44,447 bases of DNA from Dimorphilus gyrociliatus (Eukaryota > Animalia > Annelida). How positions within the stretch are numbered: position 1 is the first letter of the stretch; each line of letters starts with the position of its first letter. Shown in pieces: positions 24,253 through 35,590 of this stretch. The notes beneath the pieces were generated by a model. It saw only the letters and a list, made by a program, of their open reading frames with translations. It had not been told where the DNA came from and did no database searches. Location: NCBI GenBank assembly GCA_904063045.1, contig CAJFCJ010000094.1:41739-86185 (forward strand), read 5' to 3'. A program made the position numbers and the translations under genes.

Positions 24253-26377
24253 TTATATTTCTGAAGAATACAAACTACACAACAAATTTTCTGTCAAGTT
24301 TTCCACTCTTCTAAGTACAAAATCCAATATAAAACTTTCACTTTCAGTGTTGAAAATTCCTTTACAAATAAAACTTATTGTTTTGAAATTTTCAATTTTT
24401 AAATATTTTGAACAAATTCTTTTTGAATTATTCGAATTATTATAATTTAAAGAATTTGGCCATGTTTTAATAACATTTTCGTCTGTTGAAAATTCTTTAC
24501 TTATATAGACTTTCGGACGAAAAAGATTAATCATTAATGAGTGATTTGTTTTCTTTGTCAATTGGATAGATGACTCTGATTGAAATAGAATGCAAGGATA
24601 TATAAATTCATCAAAAAAGTTATAAAGTGCACAAAATTGGTGTTGAGTAGTATTTAGAATAATAACTTTTCTACCATCTGAATTAAGGCATAAACATATT
24701 TTTTATGTTGAAAAGTAAATGGATGGAAAACATACCTTTGTGGTTTACTTTAACATTATTTATTAAATAACTCCAACGATTTCTGAATAAGATTTCGTCT
24801 ACATCTTTAAAGTAGTCTGTTTGAACTGTAATATATGATATTGAAGTTGCAGTTGGTCTCCCAAAACCAAATTTTATTTGTCCAACTGCAAATTCAAGCC
24901 AATAATTATTCCATTTACCGCAATCAATCAGTGATTGTGAAGCATTGAATTTTACTGTAGTTTTATTATAGTTTAATAATCTAATATAGGAAATTTCAGT
25001 TTTATTTTCAATATTATCTAGTCTTAATATAAAATATGTTTCAAATTTGTTGACGAAGCGAATGACTAAGGATGAACAATTAGTGTCATCTCCACCCATA
25101 CTTTGACCTTGAACTTGGAAACTGAATTCTGTAAAGTTATTATATAATTGTTTAGGTAGGTAATACGAAGCAAAAGTTGTGCTCTGAACGCTATAAATTT
25201 TCTCGTCAGTTTCTATAAATAAACGAAGTATTTTCAGTTAAAAAAACAATTTATATTTTTCTTACTTTTTGCGAAAATATCTATAAAATATAAGGAAATC
25301 TTTTCATTTGAATATCCTTCTATAACTGTAAAATGAGCCCAATATTCAATACTAGAATTTCCAGAATATATGAAGCAAACTGTGTCTTCAGCCTCTTGAA
25401 AATGGATTGTTTGCGTATGACCGGAGCTCCATAGTAATGACAAAAGATTTATCTTATAATCTGAACGCCATCTATTGAAAAATTTGGCTACATCTTAATA
25501 AATCATTTAATAAAATAAAGAAAATTCCTTCATTACGTTACGGAAAGGCATCCAAATTCTGGCTTTGTTGGAAATGCTAAAGTTATATTTATGTATTGTC
25601 CTTGGCATTGTCCAGTACCATTAACTAATGGACAGGTCACTACCCAACCTTTAATAAGATGTTGATTAATTGCATTTAAGCATATTCCCAGGGATGACGT
25701 ACAAGTTGCCCCTAAACTATGAAAAGCTACATTTGTGTATAAAAGATCATCTTTAACTACTTCATCTGAAGAAGATTTATCAATCATAGGTATAAAGATT
25801 ACAAGTAAGCAAGCAGTACTTACCATCATAAGCAAATACAAGTATTGAATTAAATCCAATATTCCTCATTGTGGGGTTTTCATTACCGGCTTGAAATCTT
25901 ATAGCTAAAACAGCTTTGCCAATGGTTTCTGGCAGTAGGATACAAGTCGTATGTGGATTTAATATAGCTATTAATTCTTGTCCATTATCAAAATATAAAT
26001 TTGTTGTTGCAGGCTTCTTAAAATTATCATGGTTTCTCTGATTCATGCAAATATCGATAATATCATATCTCTTTTTGAAAATTATTTTAATCCACTGCTT
26101 TGCACAGTCTGCAAAAGCACATTTGGAGGCCCAACCTTTCCAGTTTTGCCACCTAGGTTCCAAAGCATTGAAACAATTCCAATAATTGTCATATTCTGAT
26201 TTTGCTGTACATTTCGCCGAATGGTGTTTGCTGTTGGCAATATTTATAAGTTTTCCATCTGTTAGGAAGATTATAAAAGAGAAAGAATAACATGAACGAT
26301 CATCAATAGATACCTGTAAATTTTAGATCTGTTGCATACAATGAGTACATTTTAGAAATTATTATCAAATAATACAT
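24253..26377 (-). CDS. Apparently intact 611-aa secreted mosaic protein: two F5/8(discoidin)-like domains, a Methyltransf_FA-like domain and an FTP/F5-8-like domain
   Basis: Exons 26377-26314, 26258-25824, 25765-25537, 25471-25266, 25212-24736 and 24677-24253 total 1836 nt, phases consistent, no internal stop; introns are 55, 58, 65, 53 and 58 bp. Motifs: QWIKIIFKKRYDIIDICMNQR; QYINITL; LIDCGKWNNYWLEFAVGQIKFGFG; C...TISFIC...LLCSL. Confidence 0.82.
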
Positions 26378-26999
26378 AAAAACCGAACTTTTCAACATTT
26401 CTAGATGGTTTACAGCTTCCTTTCTTTAAAGTAGAATAGGGCAATCTTTAGAGATTGATTTATATCCTCAATATCCATATGTATATAGTTAACTGTTCAG
26501 TTATATGTAAACCATAGAAATTGAGCGAAATTGAATCTTTAGATTCAAGATAATTCAATAATGATGTCAATAACTATATTTTTTCATACAAGTTTGAATG
26601 AAATACTTTGGCTGTATAGTATAGATCAAGAAGTTTTTAATGTATAGGCAAATTTTTACTTGCTTTAGAAGTATAATATCATTAATTAATTATTCATTGA
26701 TATTCGTATTATGCGCTATAAAACCTGTGTTCCTGATCCTTCACTTTAAAAAGAGAACCATATTATACTAAAATTATATTATGCTTTCATTGTATTGTAT
26801 CTATTCAATCATCTACTAGTTGATTAAGCTTTGTTTTGGTGTTTGCCTAATTTTAGAAAAATTTTTTACAGGAATTTCTTTAATTTACACTAAAGAGCAG
26901 ACATTTCGATTTATCTACGATTTTTAACGACTCTTTGTTAGTTTTGTAGAAAAAATATTAAGATGATCATATAGGTTTATTGAACAGAGAGAAATTTAA

Positions 27000-27186
27000 T
27001 GATAATAGCATTTAAAGACACTTTTATATTTCTTACTCTAACCCTAATCCTAACCCAAATGTTATGTGTAATTTTTCAAACCGTAAATGTAAGTCTTGCC
27101 TAAACTTTTCAAAAATCTTCCTAACCCTTTTTTTAGTGTTTCAAACAAAACTCAATTTTAGACAGTGTGGGCGTTTTATTACAGCC
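27000..27186 (-). mobile_element. Degenerate TTAGGG-motif MITE-like copy, reverse orientation
   Basis: Contains ctaaccctaatcctaaccc...cctaaccc and ends gggcgttttattacagcc (reverse complement GG...AAAACGCCC). The left boundary is approximate. Confidence 0.55.
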
Positions 27187-27791
27187 TCCTCTTATTTGCT
27201 CTTATACATCCTCTTCTTTTTTGTTCAAATAAGACACGCAGATTGAAAATGTTCTGTATATAAAAAATAATTACTCAATTCTTACAAAATTTGTTTCCTA
27301 TGTAGTTAGATTACCAAGTAGATGGATGTTACTATAGATTAACGATAGTTCAGAAATTAAAAGATGATGTTGGAAGAAAGAAATTGAATATTAGACACTA
27401 AATAAACACTTTCATATTCTTGAAAATTGTGAAGGGATTTTTCTAGTATTTTGTAAAGAGTTCACCAAACTTTTTAGTTAGTTAAACCAACATAAAGCAA
27501 TTTATGCTTATACTGCAAAGTATTTTTTTACAGTTGGTAGTCATAATTCATATAAGCTATATCTTAAAATGAACGAAACAACTGAAGATATAACATTATG
27601 ATTATCCTCTTCTATATCATAATTGGGATGATAATATTTCAAAAGTATTAACAGCTATATTGTATAAAGTAGTCCGCAAAAATATTGGTGCCCCCTAAAT
27701 TTTGATACGCCGAACAATAAAAATCTTTTTCACAGGGAAAAAAGATTTTTTTTTTTTGTCTTAATTACTAGATTAAACATAGATATATATT

Positions 27792-27998
27792 GGGACCGGT
27801 CGAAAACGGCCATAAATGAAATATTTGAAAGTTAGATTTCAGCCTGGGAAATGGTTAGGAGGAATAAGATAACTGTTGATATGTTCTTAGGAGGGTCCCA
27901 TCTAAGGGTTAGGGGTATTCAAAAAGGTTAGGCAAAAACAAGGGCTGGGTTAGGTTTAGGGTAAAACCATAGATTTATGGCCGTTTTCTACCACATCC
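27792..27998 (+). mobile_element. TTAGGG-motif MITE, GGCC subfamily, 207 bp
   Basis: 26-bp imperfect TIRs gggaccggtcgaaaacggccataaat and rc ggatgtggtagaaaacggccataaat. Flanked on both sides by ATATATATT. Confidence 0.9.
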
Positions 27999-28199
27999 AT
28001 ATATATTAGGTATGATCGAAAAATTTCAAGCTCTGTGCTATAATTTTAAAACAACTTAACTAATCCCACTGATATTTTCCAATAATCTTAGTGAATTAGT
28101 AAACTATCACTGTGTAAACTTTCATTCAATTCTGTCAAGCCATTTCAATTTTATTTTCATGTAAGCAACCACATGTCATGTCCATACATTCCATTCAAT

Positions 28200-28833
28200 G
28201 AAATATCATTGCATTTTTTGTGCATGAGAAGGTCTCTCCAAGGAACATTTATATAGGTTAAAGAGCTTTTTTGGAGATGAAACTCTGAGTGAATGTTCTA
28301 TAAGAAGGTGGGTATCTGACATAAAAAAGGGAAGAAAAATTTATGAAGACTTGCCAAGTTGTGGTTGTCCAAAGACATCTGTAACAGAAAAGAGCAGAGT
28401 TCTGGTACCATTAAGGCTTAGTTCATATGGAATTTATGGAGTATGGAGAAGTTTTCAACTCCATACAATATATTGAGACCCCTAAAGAGGCTGAGAAAGA
28501 GATTACATAGAATCAGACCTGGAAAACAAATAATTTTACAGCACAATAATGCAAGACAACATACAAGTCTGTTAACAACAGACTTTAAAGGAGACCAAAA
28601 GGGGGTCATTAAGCCCTCACTCACCATACATCCCTGATTTGGCCACCTTTGACTATTATCTTTTTGGGAGATTGAAGGACCATATCAGAGGGGTGCATCA
28701 TGATAATTTAGGAGAATTGAAAAAAATTATCAAAGATTATCTAAGGAGAAAGCCATCCTCCTGTTATCAGAACAGTATCAACCTACTTCCAAGCAAATGG
28801 TGGGCTTGCATAGAGAAAGGAGGGGAATATTAG
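28200..28833 (+). mobile_element. Internally deleted mariner (DD34D-type) transposase remnant
   Basis: RRWVSDIKKGR...EDLPSCGCPKT, ILQHNNARQH, PDLATFDYYLF...KWWACIEKGGEY. The first catalytic Asp region is missing. Confidence 0.85.
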
Positions 28834-28859
28834 AAAATACAATTGTTAATATTTTTAGA

Positions 28860-29985
28860 GTAGACTATAGGCTATAACATAAAGAAAAATTAATAAAATT
28901 TCACAAAGATTTCTTGCAAAAAAAACACAGAGCTTGAAATTTTTTGATTGTACCTAATATATGAATATCTTTGAAATAAAATTTGGGTAAGTTTTTATAT
29001 AATTTTTTTGGTTTTATATAATGTATTGTTTTATTGATTTTTTTTCTTATTTGGCCACATTGCAAAATAATTGGAGTGGGGGGTTTAATGTTCATATTTT
29101 GTCTATTTTTTTCTATGTAGCCACCCTCTTTTTCTAAACACTTGCTCACTCTATGCCCCATTCCCCTGTATAAATTTGGTATCAAGTCTGGTTGTCTTTT
29201 TATAATCTCATAAGAGCACTTTTTAATTTTCTTTGATAATTCCTCCTCCGATTTCAATTGTGGACCATCATAAAGCAGTTTTTTGGTGAGACCCCACATG
29301 TTCTCAATAGGACTGAGGTCAGGGCTCTTTGCTGGCCAATCAAGAGGGTGGATGCCATTCATTTGAAAGGCTCTTTTAGTTGTCCTAGCAGTATGGCACC
29401 CAGCATTGTCTTGCTGGAAGATGTACTGCCTCCCCATTTTAGCTGATATATCTTCTATTACAGGCAGAACATCTTCCACAATAAAACTGCTATAGTTGTC
29501 AGCATTAAGTTTCTTCTTTATCCTCCATATCTCAAAGATTCCATCAGATGTTATGAGTCCCCATACCATGACTCCGCCTCTGCCCATATTCTTCATCACC
29601 CTTAATTCTTTTTCACCATAATTTGTCCAAGTTTTGAAGTCATCAGGGCCGCTCAGTGTGAATCTAGCCTTGTTGGTGAAAATTACTTTAGACCAGTCTA
29701 GGTTATCACTGATCATCTTAAGGCAATAGGTTTTTCTTCTTTCACAATTGTTGGATCCAAAAATTCAAGTATAAACAAGTGAGACAAGGTCAGGTCTTTA
29801 AAAATATTTAACCCATGAACCTTTTTACTTTTTTTTGCTATTAAAAGAGTAAAATAAAAAAATTTAATTAGTTGAATATGTTGATTACATAGTGACATTT
29901 TCCATGTCATATTATATTCCATAGAAAAAAAAATTTAATTATTTTAGAAAATAGCCCAGTGGCCAAAAGTAGGGTATCAGTACTG
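28860..29985 (-). mobile_element. Tc1-family (DD34E) transposon, defective
   Basis: ORF 29716-28901 contains WSKVIFTNK (first catalytic Asp changed to Asn), VMVWGLI, and FQQDNAGCH...WPAKSPDLSPIEN. A CAGT terminus with TA lies at 29985-29987. The HTH region is absent and the other end is unclear. Confidence 0.9.
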
Positions 29986-30445
29986 TATTTTGTATGAATT
30001 GAAGCAAAGTACTGAAAATTTTTTAAAACACTTTTCAGTATATGAATATTCGTTATTTTGCATGTAAACATCCATTTTTAATGCCAATTTTTATATATTT
30101 AACCTTTTTACCTATACAAGATGTTGAGTAGAGTAATTCCGTATTTAACCTTTATAGTAATCTTCTATTCCATGGATAATTCTCTTAAGACATTTCCTAC
30201 GCCTTTCTCCAGATAACAATCTTAAGAACAATAGAGAAAAGTGGACGTTTTGTCCAGCATCTAATTTATAAAGATACTCAAATAGAATAACAAAATATGT
30301 GATCATCAAATTTTTTCAATGATTTCATTTTAATCAACTTTTAAATTTTCACACAAACTGTCATGGTTAAACACTGTTAAATGTTCAGCCAATGTCTTAA
30401 TGACGTAGTTTCTTTCTTGATATAAGAATTAACAAATTTGGTGTC

Positions 30446-31008
30446 TTATCGGTGAAATTTAAACACACCAATCTGTGGTTGCTTTGATTGTATTTTACAG
30501 CAAAAAATCATATTGTAGTTGTCTTGGCAATCTAGCACTTTTAGCTTATATTTTTCATTCATATCCATTGAAATTATTTCTCTCCATTCATCTTCTAAAG
30601 AACTATCAAGTTTTCGGGGTCGACAGAAAACGTCCATAAGTGAGAAATTTCAAGACAAAAATTGGGATTGAGAAATGGTTAGGCAGAAGAAGACAGCAAC
30701 TGATTTATACTTAGGAGGATCTCCTCTAAGGGTTAGGGGTAATGGAAAAGGTTAGGTACAGCTAAGGGCTGGGTTAGGGTAAAGTACTGATTTGTGGACG
30801 TTTTCTGTCGTATCCGAAAAGAATATTTTAAGCCATTTTTTGATACGTAATGTTTCAATTCTGAAACAGGAATATCGTCGTCTTCTTTGGCAGTCATTCC
30901 CAAATCTCTTTTAAATATTTTTTCTCGGGAAATTTTAACCGAACCCATGCTAAAGTACATTATTGCTATTGAGTAAATGCCTAAAAATATTACTGTTTTC
31001 ATCGCCAT
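30446..31008 (-). pseudogene. MITE-interrupted ORF (120 aa once the MITE is removed) with an N-terminal hydrophobic segment; function unknown
   Basis: Joining 31008-30816 to 30615-30446 gives 363 nt in one open frame: MAMKTVIFLGIYSIAIMYFSMGSV...KYSF-R-KLDSS...GVFKFHR*. Confidence 0.65.
30616..30815 (+). mobile_element. TTAGGG-motif MITE, young copy, 200 bp
   Basis: 20-bp TIRs ggggtcgacagaaaacgtcc and rc ggatacgacagaaaacgtcc. Highly similar to 31849-32048. Flanks are TTTTC and GAAAA. Confidence 0.95.
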
Positions 31009-31848
31009 TTTCTATGTGTTAACACAGACAGAAAGAAATAGAAAATAGAAAATGAAACTGAAGATTTCTAATAGAGATAACCAGTTCAAAGTGGTTATAG
31101 TGACGGCTCCCTCTTTTGTCACAAATATTAAAATACAATAATAAAGAATAAGTCAAATTATACTTTCTTGATAAAGAACAAATCTAAAATTAAAATTAAA
31201 ATTAGGTGAGACAATTAGAACATCAGTTTGAAAATTGTTGTAAGATGTAACTTATTGTCGCGATTATAATATTATTCTTATTTGTGTTCTTCTTACAATA
31301 TTTTGTAATATTTATGCTTTTCATTTTGATCCAAACCTTTTTATGATGTCACACTGTCTGTTAAGCACATTGATAGTTAAGAAGAAAATTTTAATAGTTT
31401 TTAGCCACTAGAATTTTATTATTGATATTATCTCCCAATCAGATATATCCTTTAAATTCTAAAGTTGGAATAGTCAAGTATTTTCGTCTACTTTACTTTT
31501 CTGGTTTTTGCCATAATCCATCTATTTTTTATATTAGTGTTTTAATAATGAACCGGAAGTTATCGTCTCCAAAACCTATGGCCAATCAAAATTACTTTTG
31601 ACAGAGCTATGCGACTGCACAAAATAGCAGATTGATTATATATGCAATTTTCAATCAGAGACTATTTCTCCATTGAGATCATCAACGCATGATCTCTTTT
31701 TATAAATATGGTCACTGCAAACCTACAATACACAGGCATAAAGTTACTGCAACTTTAAATTGTCAGAAGATAGAAAAAAGAATATGGCGCTTGCTAAATC
31801 AACAAAGATGTTGATATAACAAAAGTGGCTGTTGGATGCGAGGAAAAG

Positions 31849-32048
31849 GGGGTCGACAGAAAACGTCCACAAATGAGAAATTTCAAGACTAGATTTTGGA
31901 TTGAGAAATGGTTAGGAAGAAAAAGACAGCAACTGATTTTTCCTTAGGAGGGTCTTCTCTAAGGGTTAGGGGTAATGCAAAAGGTTAGGTACTGCCAAGG
32001 GCTGGGTTAGGGTTAGGGTTTCATTTGTAGACGTTTTATGTCGCATCC
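31849..32048 (+). mobile_element. TTAGGG-motif MITE, young copy, 200 bp
   Basis: TIRs ggggtcgacagaaaacgtcc and rc ggatgcgacataaaacgtct. Same length and layout as 30616-30815. No target-site duplication (TSD) visible. Confidence 0.95.
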
Positions 32049-32949
32049 TGAAAAAAATTGTCATGCATTTGGAGAGGATACGTTTAATTTCCAATTTAAT
32101 CATCAATTTCATTATATATAACATTGTCATCACTTTTGCAATGTATAAAAAACGCTTAAACCAGTTGTAAACATTCGTTTGAATATAAGTGACATATTTG
32201 ACCACAATCAGCACTATTTCGACAACAGTGATAGTTCTCTATTTTTTTTTAAATATTTTGAAATCGTTTCAATATTGTAAAAATATTATCCATTAATTTC
32301 AGAGTTTGGTACGAGATGTTTGATTTTTTATAAACATAGGTCAATATGGGTCTCTATCTTTTATAGACATTCCTCCTTCACCTTACAAAAACTGTCTATT
32401 GATTTGATTCGTGTACAGCTCGGCTCCGCCAAGCAAAAATCTTTGTTTAATATAAATGAATATCTGTTAGCACTTGTATGCTTTGTAGTATTATAAATGT
32501 AGGAAATTTTTGACTGTTCCAATTCCTTTCCAGTTGTTTATTAATTTATATGAAACACTGGTTGAACTAGAACCTCATATTTTCCACATGTATCTGTATG
32601 ACATTGTATTAAATTAGAATTTAAGTGTTTTCTTTAAAACGGTGTATAAAGTGACGTGATCTATGGATAGCAATGCAAAAAATATGAATAAAAGTTTAAA
32701 TATTGTTAAATAATTGAATTTCACACAATTTGAAAGATTTCATTGAGTTTGTTAGAAAGATGTCGAAATTAACGAAATTTGTTTGTAAACAGTTAAAGGT
32801 AATGTTAATATTTTGTTTACATATTACATCGTGGTTGTCATATGTAACGAAAACTGGTTGATGATTTTGAATATCTTTACCAAATAATTGAAATTTAGAG
32901 AATTGTTTAAGGCTTTCAATAATGAAATGAAGATTATAATTCGAAAATG

Positions 32950-33685
32950 TTAAACAAGTATTCTGATTCCGATCAGCTAAAACATAAGATGTGCCATTGC
33001 CGCAAAGGTTTTGATGAAATTGGGAATTTTTGCGTAATTCTAATAGCTGGAAATGTACATTCTAATTTGTGGATTGAGTATCTAAGTATCTCTCCATCCG
33101 AATTTACATCACCTAAAAACACTCTTTTTACTGGTAATCTTTTAATTTTCCACTATCATCAGTCCAATGAAATTTATTTCGATTGTAGGATCCAGCCTTT
33201 GGATTGGATTCACTTAAACATTTCCTACTAGAAAAACAATTACAAATTCCATCAGTAAATTGAATGGCGTTAAAGAAACTATCATCCCAGAAGAGGAAAC
33301 CGTGATCGTTAACCATTGACGCGTGAGCAAGATAGGTAATACCTGGTGAGGAGTTTGTGACACTCTTTAAAAATATCGTTAACTCTTTTTCATTGAATTC
33401 TTCGTAAATTATTGACTTTTGATAGGTATACTTCTCTGAATAATGAATGCTGTGCAATTATTTTAGTTTTTCAGAATTATTGTCCAAATATACCATTCCA
33501 AATTCATTATTTATAATTTCACATGCCACATTTGATATACCACACTCAATGTACGGTTGTATTCGAAACGTACCGGAAGTGGTGTTTTTCTTTTGTAACG
33601 CTTCGAAACACGTTCTGTAAACTTCCTCTTCCAATTTGACGGATGAAAAAGTGAGTAATAAGAGTAGACAGTATGAAAATACTAC
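32950..33685 (-). pseudogene. Stand-alone secreted CASPR/neurexin-IV-type fibrinogen-like domain, pseudogene
   Basis: Signal-like VFSYCLLLLLTFSS, then YRTCFEAL...SGTFRIQP, KSIIY, ICNC...KC, DSGKL and LPVKRVFLGD...LEC. In-frame TAA at 33460-33458 and a frameshift near 33130. Confidence 0.75.
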
Positions 33686-35534
33686 ATTTATAAAAAGCTA
33701 AACTAGACTAAAATATTGAAGAGCTGTTCAATAGGATAGATGTAAAAAGCATTTTTAATAAATTATTAGTTACTTTTGAACTGTAACATCCTTATAAATT
33801 TTCTCTTAATATTTATAACTTGAAAAAAGAAAATATTTGTCATTGTAATATTTTCCAGTATTTTTAAAACAAGTTTTCTAGATAATCTATTTCATGGTTT
33901 GTACAATGTAAATGTTACTACTACTTTAATATCTACCTGTACAATATGTTAGTTTTGACAGTGATAGTTTGGTGAGAAACGTAAAAGGAAATGGCTCTGA
34001 ATGGCACACACTGACAACTCGTAGTTGAAAATAATTTAACAATTTGTATCTATAATTCAACAAAGGGGCAATAGTAAACGATATAACAAATTCATTAAAA
34101 AAATTTAACAAATGATACAATTAAAAACATCTGCTTTGATGAAATAGTTAATTATAATTATTGTTTGGAAAAGAGACGATTCTATTGTCATAAAGGCTAT
34201 TTTAATAGCGAAAGTGAAGTAACTAAATAAGTTCTATTGCGAAAAAGATGACAAAAATCAAATTGAATGTTTAGTAATTGATTTTAAAGCAAAATGGTTT
34301 CAAATGTTATCATTTAGCCATCAAATGTTCAAAATCAATTATTTTTGGTAAACACAAAAACAAAAAGAACCCGTCGATTGGCTGATATTTGTTTCTTTTT
34401 TATTATACTATAACTATAACCGATTGTGTTTGGTTACTACTTAACAAGAAACAATATTTAAAAATACAACAATATTTAGAAATTCAATTTTTAATAGTAT
34501 TGTAATGAAATATTTAGAAATAAAGATTAATGAAAACTGCTATAAATTATCACTACCTGAGATAACTAGTCATGAAATTATATTGATTTACTAACACTTT
34601 GGTTATATATATGGTAAATCATTACAAAAAATCAATTTTCGGAAACATAACATTTTAGGATCAATGCAACGAAAATAACTCTTTGTTGAACAGTTGGAAA
34701 ATTGAATATTCATTTCACAATCGAAAAAAAAAATTTTATCAATTAGGTCATGTAATTTTGTGTTTGATTATAAATCAGATTTGATATAAAACTTTATGGA
34801 TAAAAATTAACAATAAAATGTTCCAATGAAATTGATAAACGTAAAAAACATGAAAAGAAATGTGACTTGATAAAATTATTAATTATCTTTGATGTTTGCT
34901 ATTCATTCCAAAAAATGAAAAGAAGTGATAATTGCTGGAAATCTCCATCAGATGTTACCGAATAATCTAAAAAAGAAATTTAACTAGTCTGGTTGACGGA
35001 ACTGAAATTTTAACAGTTTTTTTTTATATTTACACCGAATTATTTGAAAAATTTTCAAAATTAAAAAACTTTTTTGTCACTAGTCATACAGTGATTAATC
35101 TCATTTTGTTTCTTTTTCCAACTAAAAAAATTCTATATGAATTAACGTTAACAAATCGTCCAATTGAAGTTTGTTGTGAGGTTTATAGAAATATATATAT
35201 ATATATATATTATATTCTCATTTAAACGCCTACAACGACATCAACATTAACATTTCAATAAGAAATATCTAAAACACAATTTTCTCAATTTAGAGAACCA
35301 CATACTTCAAAAGAACGCAAACCTCAGAAAGAATCTTTCTTTTGAATTAACAATAATATAAACATATTATCGAAAAAGGGTGTTTGAAAGTATTCCATAC
35401 TTTGCAAAACTTGTTCAGTCATTTTTTTGTCAGATTATCTCAAGATCTATTTCTCTTCTCTGCCGTCTCTGTTACAAATAATTATTTTCCAGCTTCGATA
35501 TATCAAGCGCAAACTCGAAAATAAGTTTAATAAG

Positions 35535-35590
35535 AAAGAAAAGTGCAACGGTATTTTAGATTGTAAAAGTAAAAATGATGAAAATTTTTC
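35535..35590 (+). pseudogene. Isolated LDLa C-terminal remnant
   Basis: KCNGILDCKSKNDENF matches the C-D/N-G-x-x-D-C-x-x-x-x-D-E half of an LDLa module. The surrounding sequence is decayed. Confidence 0.5.

Noticed and set aside
30733-32214. Shared C-terminal peptide (LTQPLAVPNL.HYP) in ORFs 30733-31008 and 31966-32214 as a protein family
   Set aside because: It is read-through into two copies of the same MITE.
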